Below are positions 38,612-50,853 of a stretch of DNA of 64,000 nucleotides, in pieces. Where the stretch lies: assembly GCA_905178155.1 (NCBI GenBank), contig CAJINV010000008.1, positions 3,460,013 to 3,524,012 on the forward strand. Direction: 5' to 3'. The stretch comes from Amoebophrya sp. A120. Its lineage: Eukaryota; Protista; Dinoflagellata. Every line of letters begins with the position of its first letter. Positions within the stretch are counted from its first letter, which is position 1. Position numbers and translations under genes: made by a program. The notes under the pieces are model-generated. The model saw nothing but the letters and a program-made list of their open reading frames with translations. It made no database searches and was not told the origin of the DNA.

Positions 38612-39706
38612 ATGATGGCCGCTACGGCTCATCCTGCGGCACTCCAAGAATGTTCTGCCACCGGTGAAGATGCGGAGGAGCCCCACATTCGTGTGGCGAC
38701 AGTGGCAGACGCGAGTGCGATTACGGAAGTGGTCAATGCGGCGTTTTTGTCCGATGCCTTTTTCAAGTGGGGGGAACACGTCTTGCGCCTCTCGCCCGAC
38801 GGGGAGGACGCAAAAAACATGCTGCAGCGCGGGGAGCTGTTCTTCGTGTACTGCGAGCGCCTGGTACTAGATTCTGGCCCGGAAGGCGCAGCTGCGGAGG
38901 ATGTCGAAGCTTCTAATACGTTTGACGCGGAAAAAATGAATGCACCCGAAAGTGGTCGGAAGACTCACGAGAACAAAAGCGCAAAGTTAGTAGCCAGCTG
39001 CACGAACAAGGAACAGCAGAGTACTTCTAGGGTTCTCGGTTGCATCCGCGCACAAGACATGGGACTATGGGAGGTGCCGATGCAGAAACAAGAGGATTCG
39101 ACCTCGGTGCTCCCCGCCGACGGGCAAAGTAAACAAACATCAAATTCTCCGTGTTCTTACGACGTGCAGCGTCTAATTACTAACATCGAAGAGCACTCGG
39201 CGCTTTCGGCGGCAGAAAAAGAAAACCGCACGCCGCAGGAGGGGGAGCTCGATCACAATGAGCAAAATTTTCCCCCCGGAACCAATCAAGTAGAAACGAA
39301 AACACCTCCCGCATTCCTGCACGTGACCACACTTGGGTTTTTGGCGGTCTCGCCCAAAGCCGCAGGGAGGGGGATCGGGTCCAAACTGGTGGCGGCGGTA
39401 GAGCGCTGGACGAAAAGGCGGCGGCGGGGGATCGGGGAAGAAGGAAAATCAGCAGGTCGTGCAGATCCAGAGGTCGAAAAAGGGTTCCTGCCTGTGGCCA
39501 GCGAAAAAGCCAGCGTGTTTTTACAACCTGGCTCCGTTTTAATTTTTCCCACGATGTCAGTCAGACCAGACATTGGCGAGTTTTACCGCAAGCGCGGGTA
39601 TGAGTTCGTGTTTGAAAAAAAGCTGCCGAAGGAAGTAGCCTACATCGTGGCGCCAGACTACAAGGAAAAGGTCGTTTTTCATTGGATGAAGAAGGACGTG
39701 GTTTAG
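38612..39706 (+). CDS. GNAT family N-acetyltransferase
   Basis: IRVATVADASAI..VNAAF; acetyl-CoA motif LAVSPKAAGRGIGSKLV; FYRKRGY. Confidence 0.85.
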   Translation: MMAATAHPAALQECSATGEDAEEPHIRVATVADASAITEVVNAAFLSDAFFKWGEHVLRLSPDGEDAKNMLQRGELFFVYCERLVLDSGPEGAAAEDVEASNTFDAEKMNAPESGRKTHENKSAKLVASCTNKEQQSTSRVLGCIRAQDMGLWEVPMQKQEDSTSVLPADGQSKQTSNSPCSYDVQRLITNIEEHSALSAAEKENRTPQEGELDHNEQNFPPGTNQVETKTPPAFLHVTTLGFLAVSPKAAGRGIGSKLVAAVERWTKRRRRGIGEEGKSAGRADPEVEKGFLPVASEKASVFLQPGSVLIFPTMSVRPDIGEFYRKRGYEFVFEKKLPKEVAYIVAPDYKEKVVFHWMKKDVV

Positions 39707-40529
39707 AAAAAGTTCTACGGTGATAGCTATGTGCTTTGAGACGTATTTATAGAGGTTTGTTCTCGGCATCGTTTCTCACCGAGTCACAGGCAATGCATTT
39801 ATGTGCGTAACAACGTATAAATGTTCGTCCGAAACTTGATGGGCAACGAATGCCGTCCGGTATCAGTACTTTTTTTCTATAGCTTCAGCTTGTTCTCATC
39901 GCCTCTTAACATTAGTTCTAGCAACGACATTCTAAGAAGTTTCAGTTCCATGTTGGCACTACAACGAAATCGAACGCCACAAGAGTCGGTCATGTGACTC
40001 CTTGCTTCGGTACTTGTTGTGGCCGATTCTATTCACTTCGGATATCTATCGTGATGTACGTGTACTTCGGTGTTGACGTACTTACTATGATACCGAGAAC
40101 TCGGTCGTGTCAGTTTAGAAAAGATCGGAACATAAAGCGACGACTTCGACAGTTCCGTCGTCGGTGCTCATGACGGGCTAAGCTAGAACACTAGACTGTG
40201 TCCGTTCTCGTGCACAGAGATGATATAATTTTCCACCAGCAGACTCAGACGTCAGCTTTCTTATATATGCTCAGGTTAGAACAAGGGTATGAAGCGCTAA
40301 TATGTAAGTAGACCTTGTGTGAAATAACTCCAACAGGATGAAACTCGAACTCCAATGGATGTCACAAATAGATGACCACGAGCAACCAGTGGATGTGACT
40401 TGTTTGAGATCGGTGTCGCCCGGAGCGGCTAGCTTTTGAATCACTTGAGTGATCTAAATCTTCCACGAACACGGCGAGACGGGCTATCCGCCTGTTTCCT
40501 GCCGGACCAGAAGAAATCAAACAGAGAAA

Positions 40530-42380
40530 ATGTCGTCCCGCACCTGTTGCACGGGGGGGCTATTTTGCGCTCCCGACGACCTCGAGGAGGAACACACACC
40601 GGCGAACTTTTCGTATGCCTCTGGCAAGCGGCGCAATGCCGCAGCCGCCCGGGAGAAACTAATCAACTACAACGCCCCTGCGTCTATGCAGAGCAGCGGA
40701 CAGCACGACGACGCGCAGACTTTTGGCTCTTCTGCGTCGACTTCTACATGCGAAAGGAATGAAGTAGATTCTTCGCCTACTCGTCGTAAAAAGAAGACGA
40801 ACAACCCCGCACAGGAAAACAAAACGCTTCCGGCTCCCTACAACGCCATTCCCCCGACCAGCAGCGGAATTTTTGCGGACCGCATGTACGAAATGGTGAT
40901 CCGCTCGTCGCAGACGGGTGGTCATGGTACAACAACTGCAGGTCCCGACGGGAAGATGAAAATAACAAGCCACCTTACGCGTTCCTACATCAGCTCCGTC
41001 CACCCGAGCGAATTCGAGAACCTGTTGGAAGAAAGAGCCGTGCTGGAAGTGCCGATCTTGAGGGGAAACGAAAGTCTGTTCCGGAAGAGAGGCGTAGTTG
41101 CGAATACCATGGCAAGTAGAACTGGAAGCGGCTCGTCTTCCACAAGGGATCATTTCAAGCTGACTTTACCGAAAATTGTCAGCGTGGACGCCCGAACCGA
41201 CCCGACGGTGTTTTACCGCGTGCCGCTGGGCTTCGGGCTCTGGGACGCGGCGGTGGCCCTCATGTTTGCCCTGGGGACCGAGGAAAACTGCCAGGACCTC
41301 TTCCGAAGGGTGGACGTCCAGAAAATTTTGGACAGCCGCCCCGACCACCGCCCGGTGAACCCGAAAAATTTTATCCAGCACTGCCGCGTTCTGGAGCTCG
41401 GTTGTGGTGCCGCGCCCTTGCCCTCCATGATCTGTGCCGAAAAATGGGAGCCCGCGGAAGTTATGCATCGGGGAAGTACCATTGTATTTGTACTATTACC
41501 TCCATAACGTCACCGTCAGGGTCCTGAGGGTCCTCCACCACATATTGAGTTGAGCACAGTGGTGGTGGAATAGTAGTGTTCGTGATAGTTGCACTTGCTG
41601 AGATGAGATAAATTTGTGCTTTTTTTCCAGGGCGTCACGGGGAAGCTTCGTCTTGTCAGGAACAAAGAAAAAGAAGACGGGACCACAGCTTCTATGCATG
41701 AAGTAAAAGTTATTTCACGCACTGTACTGGAGAGCTCAAGCTCAGTTTGTGCACCAAGATTACATCTGAAAGAAACTGGTGCAGTCATGCAGCACCTCCT
41801 GAGCCTCCTGACCTTGACGTTCAAAGACAAATAGTACAACTTCTTGCAATGCATAGCCATCGTGTGCACCGACTTTCTTCCCGCACTTCTGGATTGGGCA
41901 CAGGAGAACGTGAATGCGAATTTTCAGCAAAACCTGCAGCAGATTCATTCGAATAGAGAAGACCCAGGAACTTCTTCGTCTCCTCTTCTCCGGGCGGAAC
42001 CGCTGCCCTGGGGCTCGGGGCCGGACATGGACCGGCTTTTGCAGGGGGGCCACAAGTTTGATCTGATCCTGGGTGCGGACATCCTCGCCGGGGACCACGC
42101 TGGTGAGGCGGAACACCGGCACTGTTTGCAGCTGCTCGCCACCACGATCGACTACATGACGGATGTCGGCGCGGTGCTGGTCTTGTCCCACTCCACGAGG
42201 CAGCAGCACGTGGAAGAGTGGGTGGTGAATTCCGTCCTGGGCGAGAAATGGGACCTGCTCGCGGAAAAGAACGACGACATGCAGGCGCGGTGGCGCCAGT
42301 ACGGAAAGCTCGCGCACAACAGCGACTTCCGAACCAACCCGGAGCTGAAAATTCTGATGCTGCAAAAGCGGGTAAGGTGA
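40530..42380 (+). CDS. Family-16 (METTL21/EEF-type) SAM-dependent protein methyltransferase
   Basis: GFGLWDAA, VLELGCG, VCTD, LPWG, FDLILGADI; split by element 41462-41855. The 3' end might splice further. Confidence 0.85.
41462..41855. mobile_element. Decayed introner
   Basis: TATGCAT...ATGCATA ends, flanks GAAGT/GCCAT; removal of element + 5 nt restores frame. Confidence 0.65.
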
Positions 42381-43522
42381 GTGCTAATGTGGTGCAGGGA
42401 CGGATCATCTTCACGCCCACAAAAGCGTCGTCGATAGTATGACCCGGAGCGCAGGGCTTACGCTTTTTCGCACACTAGGAGGGAAGAACTGGAGGTGCCA
42501 ACAAGAGGACGCAAAGAGTGTGTCCATATCGAGGACGAGGAGTACTGAAAAACCGCCTTATGATCATGAACAATCATGAACAATCACGATCCAGTGTGAA
42601 AGACACAATAGAAGCTCACAATGAAAAATATCCATTCATCGGCACTGTTCTTGTTGCACAAAGAACATACTTTCTTGCTACTCATTCACGTGAACGTTCA
42701 TCGAATTGGATTTTGCTATATCAGGCCTTTTCTTCTGTTTTCCGGTCCGTATGTCCTGGCTGACGTACGGCATTCATAGATGTTTGACAACTTCGCATGA
42801 CTCATGTCTTGTCTCATAACGACGAATCTTCACCTGTACTTCTTGTGTCAGAGGGTACATACAGTGTGCAACTGCTGGTTTGAAAAACCTTCGAGAACGG
42901 TGGTGGACCTCACAGAAAGTCTCGTCCGCGAGAGTTCGGATGACGAGCTGTCACTGGTTCGTGTTTTCCTGCAATTCCAGTAGAAAAGATTAGTTAGAGT
43001 ACTTACATTCAATAGGTAGGACGCTCCCATGGAGGTATTTAGATCGGCGCTGATGTCGAAGAAGAAAACTGTCTTGTGGTCCTGCTCTCTTCCTCGGTCC
43101 AACTGTCAACGTCTTCTCGATCGATAATCGTGATTGTGCAAACCGCGAAATTTCAAGTGGAATGTTGACAAGTTTTGCTGGTTCTTCTGTTGCGTTACAA
43201 TTTCGGTTTGCGTTTTGGTTTCTCGTTACTAGTGTTGTCTCCTGCGTTTTATTGTCGTTCAGGTACTAGTATCGCGGTCCTTCTCTAGATCTAGTCGTAG
43301 GTAGAGAGCAGAAGCCTACCAACGTGCCAGTTGTAACTTTGCAGAGCCACAAGCACAACTCCGAAATATGACTAGTCTTCACAGCCACAGATAAACGAAA
43401 AGTGCAGCTCAATTCCGGACGGCGTAACGAGAAGGGGCTGCTTCAAAATTGTCTTTTCATACGATAAGTAACAGAGCTTCAGCTTTAATAAACATCAACG
43501 TACAAGACAACCAGAGAAAAAA

Positions 43523-46247
43523 ATGGAAGACGCCGCCGAGGGCGACAACAAGAACTCAACAATAACACCTCCGGTCGATTTCTCGACGCTGCCCGCGACG
43601 CCGACAGCCGTCCGCATTCGCATTCTCGTCCGGGAACTGCGCATCGCGCACGAGGGCGGCCGCGAACAGCTGCAGATTCGCGTGTCGTTCCACGTGCTGT
43701 GGCAGGACCACCGGCTCCATGACTACCCGGCGGAAAAGTCGTCCCAACTACCGGCAAACATCTGGCGCCCGGAGTTCAACTTCCACCTATTGGAAATGGT
43801 TGAAAAAAAGCAGGCGCACCATCTACTTCCGCCGCAGTCCTCTTCTCATCTGCTCGAACAGCAACCTATCCCCCCCGGGCCCCAGCCGATGTTTTTCAGT
43901 AAGGACCGCAAAGTGCGTATCCTGTGTAAAAACGTACCCACCCCAGAGTTGTCATGCAGATTTGCAATGACAGAAACACTTGTGATGCGCTTCCCCATGA
44001 AAGGCATTTCCAATCGTGTTTCGGCATTTGTAATGCTGTGACCAGGATGAGCAGATGGATTTCTGATGCAGCTGGCCTTGCGAACCTGCACTACACTAAG
44101 GACTGCAACTTGTGATGCGTGACCCCCAAAAGCTCTAGGTTTGTGTTGCAAAGTCCCCATGTCGACTCTGGTGTGGGGACGTTTTTACACAGCATAGTGC
44201 GGGATCTGATTCATATGACTGTGGACTGCAAGCTCCTGTCCATCGACTTGCTCGACGGCAACGCGCGGAATCGAGAGGCCCTGCGGAACTTCCCCTTCGA
44301 CTCCTTCAAATTTGACTTTGTCGTATCTATGAACGGGGCCGTCCGGCTGGAAAGCAGCGACCTCGTGGACGCGCAGCTCGAGAATATGGAAATCAAGGGC
44401 GAATACTTGCGTTGGCGCCAAGCGGAGCGGGAAGCGGATGTGGCGGCGGGCAAGGGCGTGGCGGAGGAAATTGTCACTCATATTGTTCAAGAACACGGTT
44501 CTGGAACTGAAAATAAGAAACCTGTCGGTAGAACGACCACAGGGAATGAAGACATCAGAATGGATGTCCAAGTCGTGCAACAAGAAGCGGCCCCAGCTGC
44601 CACCGCGTCCCATGCGCGATATGCGGACAAGGGGATCTCGGCCGCCACGGGCGCGGGCGAGCATTTCCGGTTCGAGGCACCGCTTCTCTCGGGGGAGTTT
44701 GCGGTGACGCGGTTCGTCTTATCGAAAGGAAAAATCCCCCCTCAACAAAACTTGTGTTGCTGTATTTGAGTACACAAATCGACTTGTATTGCTAGAAGGC
44801 CAAGAGACGCAGCTGCTCCCTCGTTTGGAGGCAATTTGTCACGCTGTTTCCCGTTTCCAGTTGCTTTCTGTCATGCTGAAGGCGCAAGGCGTTCCTGCGC
44901 CAGCCAGCACTACAGTCCGCATCTCTTCCCTTCTAGCATCACAAAGCTGATTTGCGACCACAAATCTGCATCACAGATTTCCGCTTTGATATGGGGAGGG
45001 GGCATTTTTCATTGTAATACGTCTACGGCATGGGCGAAAACCGTTCCCCCCTTTCCGGAATGTTTTTTCGTCAGTTGTTTTTTCGGGTGGAAATCAAGCG
45101 CGACCCCACATACTATCTCTACAAGGGCGTGCTGCCCATGCTGCTGGTCTTCTGTGTCAGTCTCATCGGCACGGTGGGCCTCAACTCGAAGGACTTTGCG
45201 GGTGACAAACTCAGCGGGCTGCTGGCAGCCATTCTCACCCTGTTCGCCATCCAGTGGACCATTGCGGACCGCCTGCCCCGGCTGCCGTTTCTCACCGAGC
45301 TGGACCGGGTGTCAATGAGCTGCGGCACCGGGCTTTTGTTGCTCGTGCTTGGCGTTGCGGTCTCGCATCAGGTGGCGTTGAATTTTGACGACGAGGCTGA
45401 TCCCGATAGCGAAAGCGACTCGAGGACGATCGCTGGGACTTCCGCGACAAATTCCCCTGCAACGACGAGTACAACCAGCATAAAATCTTCTTCCGCCAGC
45501 GAGCGACTTCTGGCACCCTCTTCGCTGATCAGTTTCGGATGTGGCGCGGTTTCCCTCCTGTGGGTCGGCCTGGGGCTGCTCAGGAGCTGGCGCGCGGCCG
45601 TACGGGCCAGGAGGTCCTCTGGTAGTACCACAACCTCAGCCGCGACGAGCGCAGGTGACCGTGCTGGGGAGTCAAGCAGGCATACGCAAACAGGGCCAAG
45701 CGATGTTGTTCCCAGAACATTAGAGGATGTTGATCAAGTTCAAGCCGACTACGTTGTCAACGCGAACTGCAAGTCAGACCGCTGGAAGAAGCCGCCGTTC
45801 ATGCAGGGCAAGCTTGTTATCACACACAAAATTTTCAATATTGTTGTATGCAGCGTGGATAAATTGTAACGTTTACGTTTTCCAATTCCAATGTCTCAAC
45901 ATCTGTCATGCAAAAACAGACGGGCAACAAATTCTCTCCTCCGCGAGCCGATGAATTCTCATCTAGTGGCATTTTCATTGCGCCATCAATAGTCATGATC
46001 GAGATTCCACTATGAAATGATCGCGCACGACGCACGCGCACCAGCAATGTTTGTTTATTGTGCGATACTCGTGCGGGCACTGAAGTACGACGTGGTTCTT
46101 CCAGGGATCGGCCCTATCACTTTTCTCAGTCGCCCGCTGGCGCTGTACGAAGCGACTTCCGAGGAGGATTTCGAACGCAAGGTCGGCCGCGAAATTGAGC
46201 TCGAGGAGTTCGATCCGGCGGGGAAAATTATGGGCATAGAGTGGTGA
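43523..46247 (+). CDS. Pentameric ligand-gated ion channel, Cys-less (Pro-loop, GLIC/ELIC-like)
   Basis: WQDHRL, IWRPEF, NFPFD Pro-loop, IKRDPTYYL pre-M1, four hydrophobic helices with LPRLPFLTELD M2-M3 loop; three introners. Confidence 0.85.
43918..44196. mobile_element. Introner, family F
   Basis: TSD GTGCG (43913-43917, 44197-44201); RKVR|DLIH in frame. Confidence 0.93.
44720..45019. mobile_element. Introner, family B
   Basis: TSD CGTCT (44715-44719, 45020-45024); RFV|YGMG in frame. Confidence 0.92.
45818..46067. mobile_element. Decayed introner
   Basis: TATCACACA...TGTGCGATA ends, flanks CTTGT/CTCGT; KLV|RALK in frame. Confidence 0.72.
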
Positions 46248-47032
46248 CAGTAGAACAGCTGGCGGAAAGCAGCTCTCCATGTTGAGGTGTGAGCATCATT
46301 ATCTATCACCCAAAGAAAGTAGAGTGCGCTGAAAGCACCGGCTCGTCTACCCACATTGATTCTGCTGCGCATGAAAATTGATGATGTCAGTTTTCACTTG
46401 ATGATTTTGATTCCGCTGGCTTCTTGGCAACGAGGATCTTGATTGGCTCGAACAGATCAACGGCAATAGCAGAGCTGTTTTCTAGTAAGTATCTTTCATT
46501 CTCGAGATTGCAAGAATGTTCAAACAGCACTTGCTTTCGTGCGAGCGTTGCTTCCTATGCAAAGAGGCCGCGACGACCGAGACCGTCGTGAGTCGTTTGA
46601 TTCTCTCATCCAACTACATGTCTTATCCGACATGTTGCGCCTTGTCTAGTGCACTTCCTCGCTTCAGAACTACGGAGCAAGTGCTAGACTCCAAGTTCAT
46701 CTAGTAGAAAGAAGTGTCTGCTTTATTTTTTGTTTATCTCGACTGTCACTGTTCCTGTTGCAATCTCTCTTGCAAGTGCAACGCTGGCGCTGCACAAAGT
46801 GGCCGGAACCCGAAGTAAATAAAGTGAAGAGCTGCGAGATAATTACAATCGAATCGTCTTTAACTTCATCGACTCGTCATGTGGGTCGAGTTTCAGTTTG
46901 GAGGTCAGCTTACATGTCTGGACGTGGTCCGCCCGACGTAGCACGACAAAAAAGCGCCAGTTTTTGATCAGATAGGAAGTTTTTGTTTCATGCCATGTTG
47001 AAATAGACATCATCATCATTACTACGAAAAGC

Positions 47033-50000
47033 ATGGGAATCAAAGGGCTCCTTCCGCTTTTGCACTCGGTCCAGGAGGACAAGCACATCCGGGAGTTCGA
47101 AGGGCAAACCGCGGGCATCGACGGCTATGTGTGGCTCCACCGGGCAGCCTACAGCTTTGCCACGGAATTGGCGCTGGTGGAGCAGGAAGAAAAGGATCTT
47201 GGGGACGAGCCGCAAGAAGAACCAGGAGTCTGTCAACAACATTTTGTCTCTTCCTCCTCCACGTCGGAACAGGAAAATGAGCAAAAAAACCCCGCGACGA
47301 GGACCGCAGATGAATCTGAGAAGTGTGCCAGTAGCACCAGCGCCGTGTCGGTGTCGCCTACTGTCTTGTCGCCACGGAAGATGCGGATCTACGAAAAGAT
47401 GGCACAGTTTGTGGTGAAGAACTACTGCCAAAAGTTGATGGCCCACGGCGTGCAGTGCCACGTGGTGTTTGACGGTGGCTTTCTCCCGATGAAAGAGAAG
47501 GAGGAGAAACAGCGCGACGCGGGGCGGCGGAAGAATCTGGAGAAGGGCTTGGAATTGTACTTCCAGAAAAACGACAAGGAGGGCGCCTTCAAGGCCTTCG
47601 CTTCGGCCTACGACATCGTGCCGGAAATGGCCTCCGTGTGCTGCAAGCTCTTTCAGGTGTACGGCATCGCCTACACGGTGGCGCCCTACGAGGCGGACGC
47701 GCAGCTCAGCTGGTTGATGGAAAACAAACGCGTGGACTTTCTGATCACCGAGGACAGCGACCTGCTCGCGTTCCACCCGCGGAACCGCGTCTTGTACAAG
47801 TTGGACTTCTCCTCCATGACCGGAAAATTCGTCGCGCTGCAATCAGCGGAGGACTTCGAAAAAAGGATTAAGGATTCCGCGTTGGAAAAACTGTTCGTGG
47901 TTCCAGACCAGCACGCTAAGCTTAGTACTTCTACGCGCGGGGGCCAACAGCACCCCGGTTCTTTATCGGAGAATTCGGAGACGGAGACACGGTTCGAATT
48001 TTACCGGAGGCTGTTCCTTGCGGCCTGCATCCTCTTGGGCTGCGACTACGGGGACACGACCATCCCCAAGGCCGGCCCGAAGAAGGTCTGTGACCTGGTG
48101 GCCAAGGCGGGCTACGATCCCGAGAAGATCGCGAAGTGCGCGCGCTTCGACGGCCTGGATGTGGGCAAAGATTTTGTGAAGAATTTTGCCAAGGCCTGGC
48201 TCTGTTTCCACCACCAGACCATTTTCGCGACCGGGCCGGACCCGGCGCAGGAGAACCGGCTCACGGCTCTGCGCGAGGTCGCGGACTGTAGTACTTCTAA
48301 AGCAGGAGCTTTTGCGCACTATGCGAAGGGGAGCCGGAAAATTTTCGAGAATTTGGCTCACCCGGAGGAGATGCTGGTTTCCTTCTGTGGGCGGCGGTAC
48401 GACGCGGAAACGGCGCGCGAAGTGGCAAAGGGCAAAATGCATCCGGTCACCTTTCGAAAAATTCACCTCGTGTCCACGGCGGCGGCGAGCGGTTCTGGTT
48501 CTGGTGCGGTTCTCTCCTCTGCGGGAGGTTCGACGAGGAATGATACTTCGAGTGCTAGTAGCTCTTTCACCGCGTCCCGCCCCGCGCTGCCGGCCCGCAT
48601 TATCGCGACAAAAGTGCGGAAGAACAACAATAGCGCGAGAGGTGGTGGGAAGAAAAAAGACGAAACAAATCCGGATCCCAACCAGATCAGTATTCTGTCC
48701 TTTTTCAAGCCGGTGGCGTTGACAAACCGGACCGAGAAGCAGCAAAAGGAGTTAAGTTTGCAGAAGAAAAGGACGGCCGGTGGTACGTCTGCATCGGTCG
48801 GTAATGGGAAGAAAGATGAAGTAGGTCCTTCTACGAAGCGACGGAAGCTTGATGTCGGCACGACCGGTGAAGAAGAGAACCAATCCTCATCCGAGCCGTA
48901 CGTGCCCCGCCGTTTTCGCGGCCGGCAAGAAGAGGAACTGCGCACCTATCTCGCAGAGGAGGGGGGAGGGACGGACGCCGGACTGCACGCCTTCGAAGCA
49001 CAATTTGCTAACCAGAACGACGAGGTGGACGATCAGGCACACCATCACAGAGGGGAAGACCTGCGTGACACTGTTGGACCCCCCAAAGAACAAGTGGAAC
49101 TGTCTAACCGCAGCGGTCCAAGTCGGAATAGACAACCACAGCAGGAAAAGAATATACCTGGGCGAACTTCATCGGTGGTGGCCGGGAAAAACGTGGCTCG
49201 CGAACAGGTGGACGAGATTGGCAGTCCTGGCGAACAAGGGCAGCCTGAGCCCGGTGACGAAAGCCAGCACCTTCCTGACGGGGGGGCACCAGTGGTCGAC
49301 ACGGATATTCTTGTGGGAACAGACGGAAAAGAAAACGATCAAAAGACCGTTAATACGGCACAACGAGAACAAGGCAGCCTTTCATCTTGTGCGCGTGGGC
49401 AGGATCATGTTGAGGCGGGCGATGGGGGTTCTAAGAATGATATCCATGAGACAACGAGCGAGGTCGTCGGCGCGGCTGTCCCGTCTCCGGAATCAGCGGG
49501 TTATCTACGCGACGATGATGATCCAGGTGAAAAGGAAGAAGAGCAGCTTCCTATAGCAAGCGAACCGAACAGAAACATTTTGAAGAAGCCCGGTGCGAAG
49601 AAGAAGCAAGGCGGTCCACGACCCGGAGGCATTTCCTCCGATGGAAATAACCAGATCGACGACTTTTTTTCCGCTTTCGCATTTAACTCGCAGCAGTCTT
49701 CGCAGGGCACCCCTTTACGGGGAGGCAATAAAGTCTTGAAGGCTTCGAATAAACTGAGGCAAGGCAAGATGAACATGGTGAGCAATAGGTCCACCTCGAA
49801 TTTCCAGCAGGGCATGACATCTGCAACCACTGGAGACGTCGACGGCGGACAAAAAGCGAAGCAGAAGGCACACATCAAGCAAGACAAGACCACGGGTAAG
49901 GAACAACAAGTAGAAGCAGGTCATGATTCTCCACCACCACCTTCTGCAGCGAAGAAAAAAATGGGCAAAGCCGGTGGGCGTGGCGGTGCGACGACGGCAA

Positions 50001-50200
50001 GCAAGAACAAAATGATGAACGCTGCTGGATCCTCGCCCGCCGCGGCCGCGAGTGCGACGGAACTAGGAAAGCCAGCTTGCAGTCGGCCTTCACCACCAGG
50101 AACAGGACAAGCATCTTCGGCTCCTGGCGTCGGATTATCCGCTTCGAGCCTTCAGTTCCTCGAATCTCTGGGCTGGAGCAAGCCGAAACCCTCGCAGTGA
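47033..50200 (+). CDS. EXO1: Exonuclease 1 (XPG/Rad2 family)
   Basis: MGIKGLLPLL, GIDGYVWLHR, VFDG, APYEADAQL, ITEDSDLL, LGCDY; PIP-box-like QISILSFF at ~48683-48706; intronless. Confidence 0.92.
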   Translation: MGIKGLLPLLHSVQEDKHIREFEGQTAGIDGYVWLHRAAYSFATELALVEQEEKDLGDEPQEEPGVCQQHFVSSSSTSEQENEQKNPATRTADESEKCASSTSAVSVSPTVLSPRKMRIYEKMAQFVVKNYCQKLMAHGVQCHVVFDGGFLPMKEKEEKQRDAGRRKNLEKGLELYFQKNDKEGAFKAFASAYDIVPEMASVCCKLFQVYGIAYTVAPYEADAQLSWLMENKRVDFLITEDSDLLAFHPRNRVLYKLDFSSMTGKFVALQSAEDFEKRIKDSALEKLFVVPDQHAKLSTSTRGGQQHPGSLSENSETETRFEFYRRLFLAACILLGCDYGDTTIPKAGPKKVCDLVAKAGYDPEKIAKCARFDGLDVGKDFVKNFAKAWLCFHHQTIFATGPDPAQENRLTALREVADCSTSKAGAFAHYAKGSRKIFENLAHPEEMLVSFCGRRYDAETAREVAKGKMHPVTFRKIHLVSTAAASGSGSGAVLSSAGGSTRNDTSSASSSFTASRPALPARIIATKVRKNNNSARGGGKKKDETNPDPNQISILSFFKPVALTNRTEKQQKELSLQKKRTAGGTSASVGNGKKDEVGPSTKRRKLDVGTTGEEENQSSSEPYVPRRFRGRQEEELRTYLAEEGGGTDAGLHAFEAQFANQNDEVDDQAHHHRGEDLRDTVGPPKEQVELSNRSGPSRNRQPQQEKNIPGRTSSVVAGKNVAREQVDEIGSPGEQGQPEPGDESQHLPDGGAPVVDTDILVGTDGKENDQKTVNTAQREQGSLSSCARGQDHVEAGDGGSKNDIHETTSEVVGAAVPSPESAGYLRDDDDPGEKEEEQLPIASEPNRNILKKPGAKKKQGGPRPGGISSDGNNQIDDFFSAFAFNSQQSSQGTPLRGGNKVLKASNKLRQGKMNMVSNRSTSNFQQGMTSATTGDVDGGQKAKQKAHIKQDKTTGKEQQVEAGHDSPPPPSAAKKKMGKAGGRGGATTASKNKMMNAAGSSPAAAASATELGKPACSRPSPPGTGQASSAPGVGLSASSLQFLESLGWSKPKPSQ

Positions 50201-50853
50201 GGAAGGTCGACGAGAAAAACCACTGAAAAGTTCTCGAGGACTAGTTGTTGTTCTTGAGCGGTATTGCACCATGAGAGAAAAGGCAATTTCACCGGGGCTG
50301 CAGAACTAGCAGTAGAAGTTGCATTACCAGAACAACTGCACTCATTCTATCGGCTCTTGACGAATTTGGGTTGTGCAAATGAAAAGAAGAAATCCTTCCC
50401 GAACGCCGTCTGCCGTCGCGACACCAGTAGAACAAGGGTAGTTTAGTGTTCGTCACGCTCGGGCACGAGGAGCTCGCAAGTCCTGAAGAAGGTTGTACCA
50501 GAGGCATGCGCTGGCTCCTGAGTGACCCGCCTCGTGCGGCTGCGTCAGGTGAGCGAGCTTTCACAGCAGAAGCACCCCGCGTGTAGGTTGAGCAGTGGAG
50601 AGATGATGATGCAAGTTGGGCAGCGCGACGGTGACCCTCCCGTTGTTCTCTTTCACGATGAATGTCTGTGAGGATAATTTTGATTTCGCTCCGCCGTCAG
50701 CGAGCACATATGCATATCCAAGCATTTTGCTTTTTGAAGCAAAGTGAAGTCGACGGATAAAGTGAAGTCGACTGATGTCCTCGTCGTTCACATGAGTTTC
50801 AGTTTCACCGAAAAACCTATTTCCGAGCCGTGAACGGAATACTACAGAAAATT

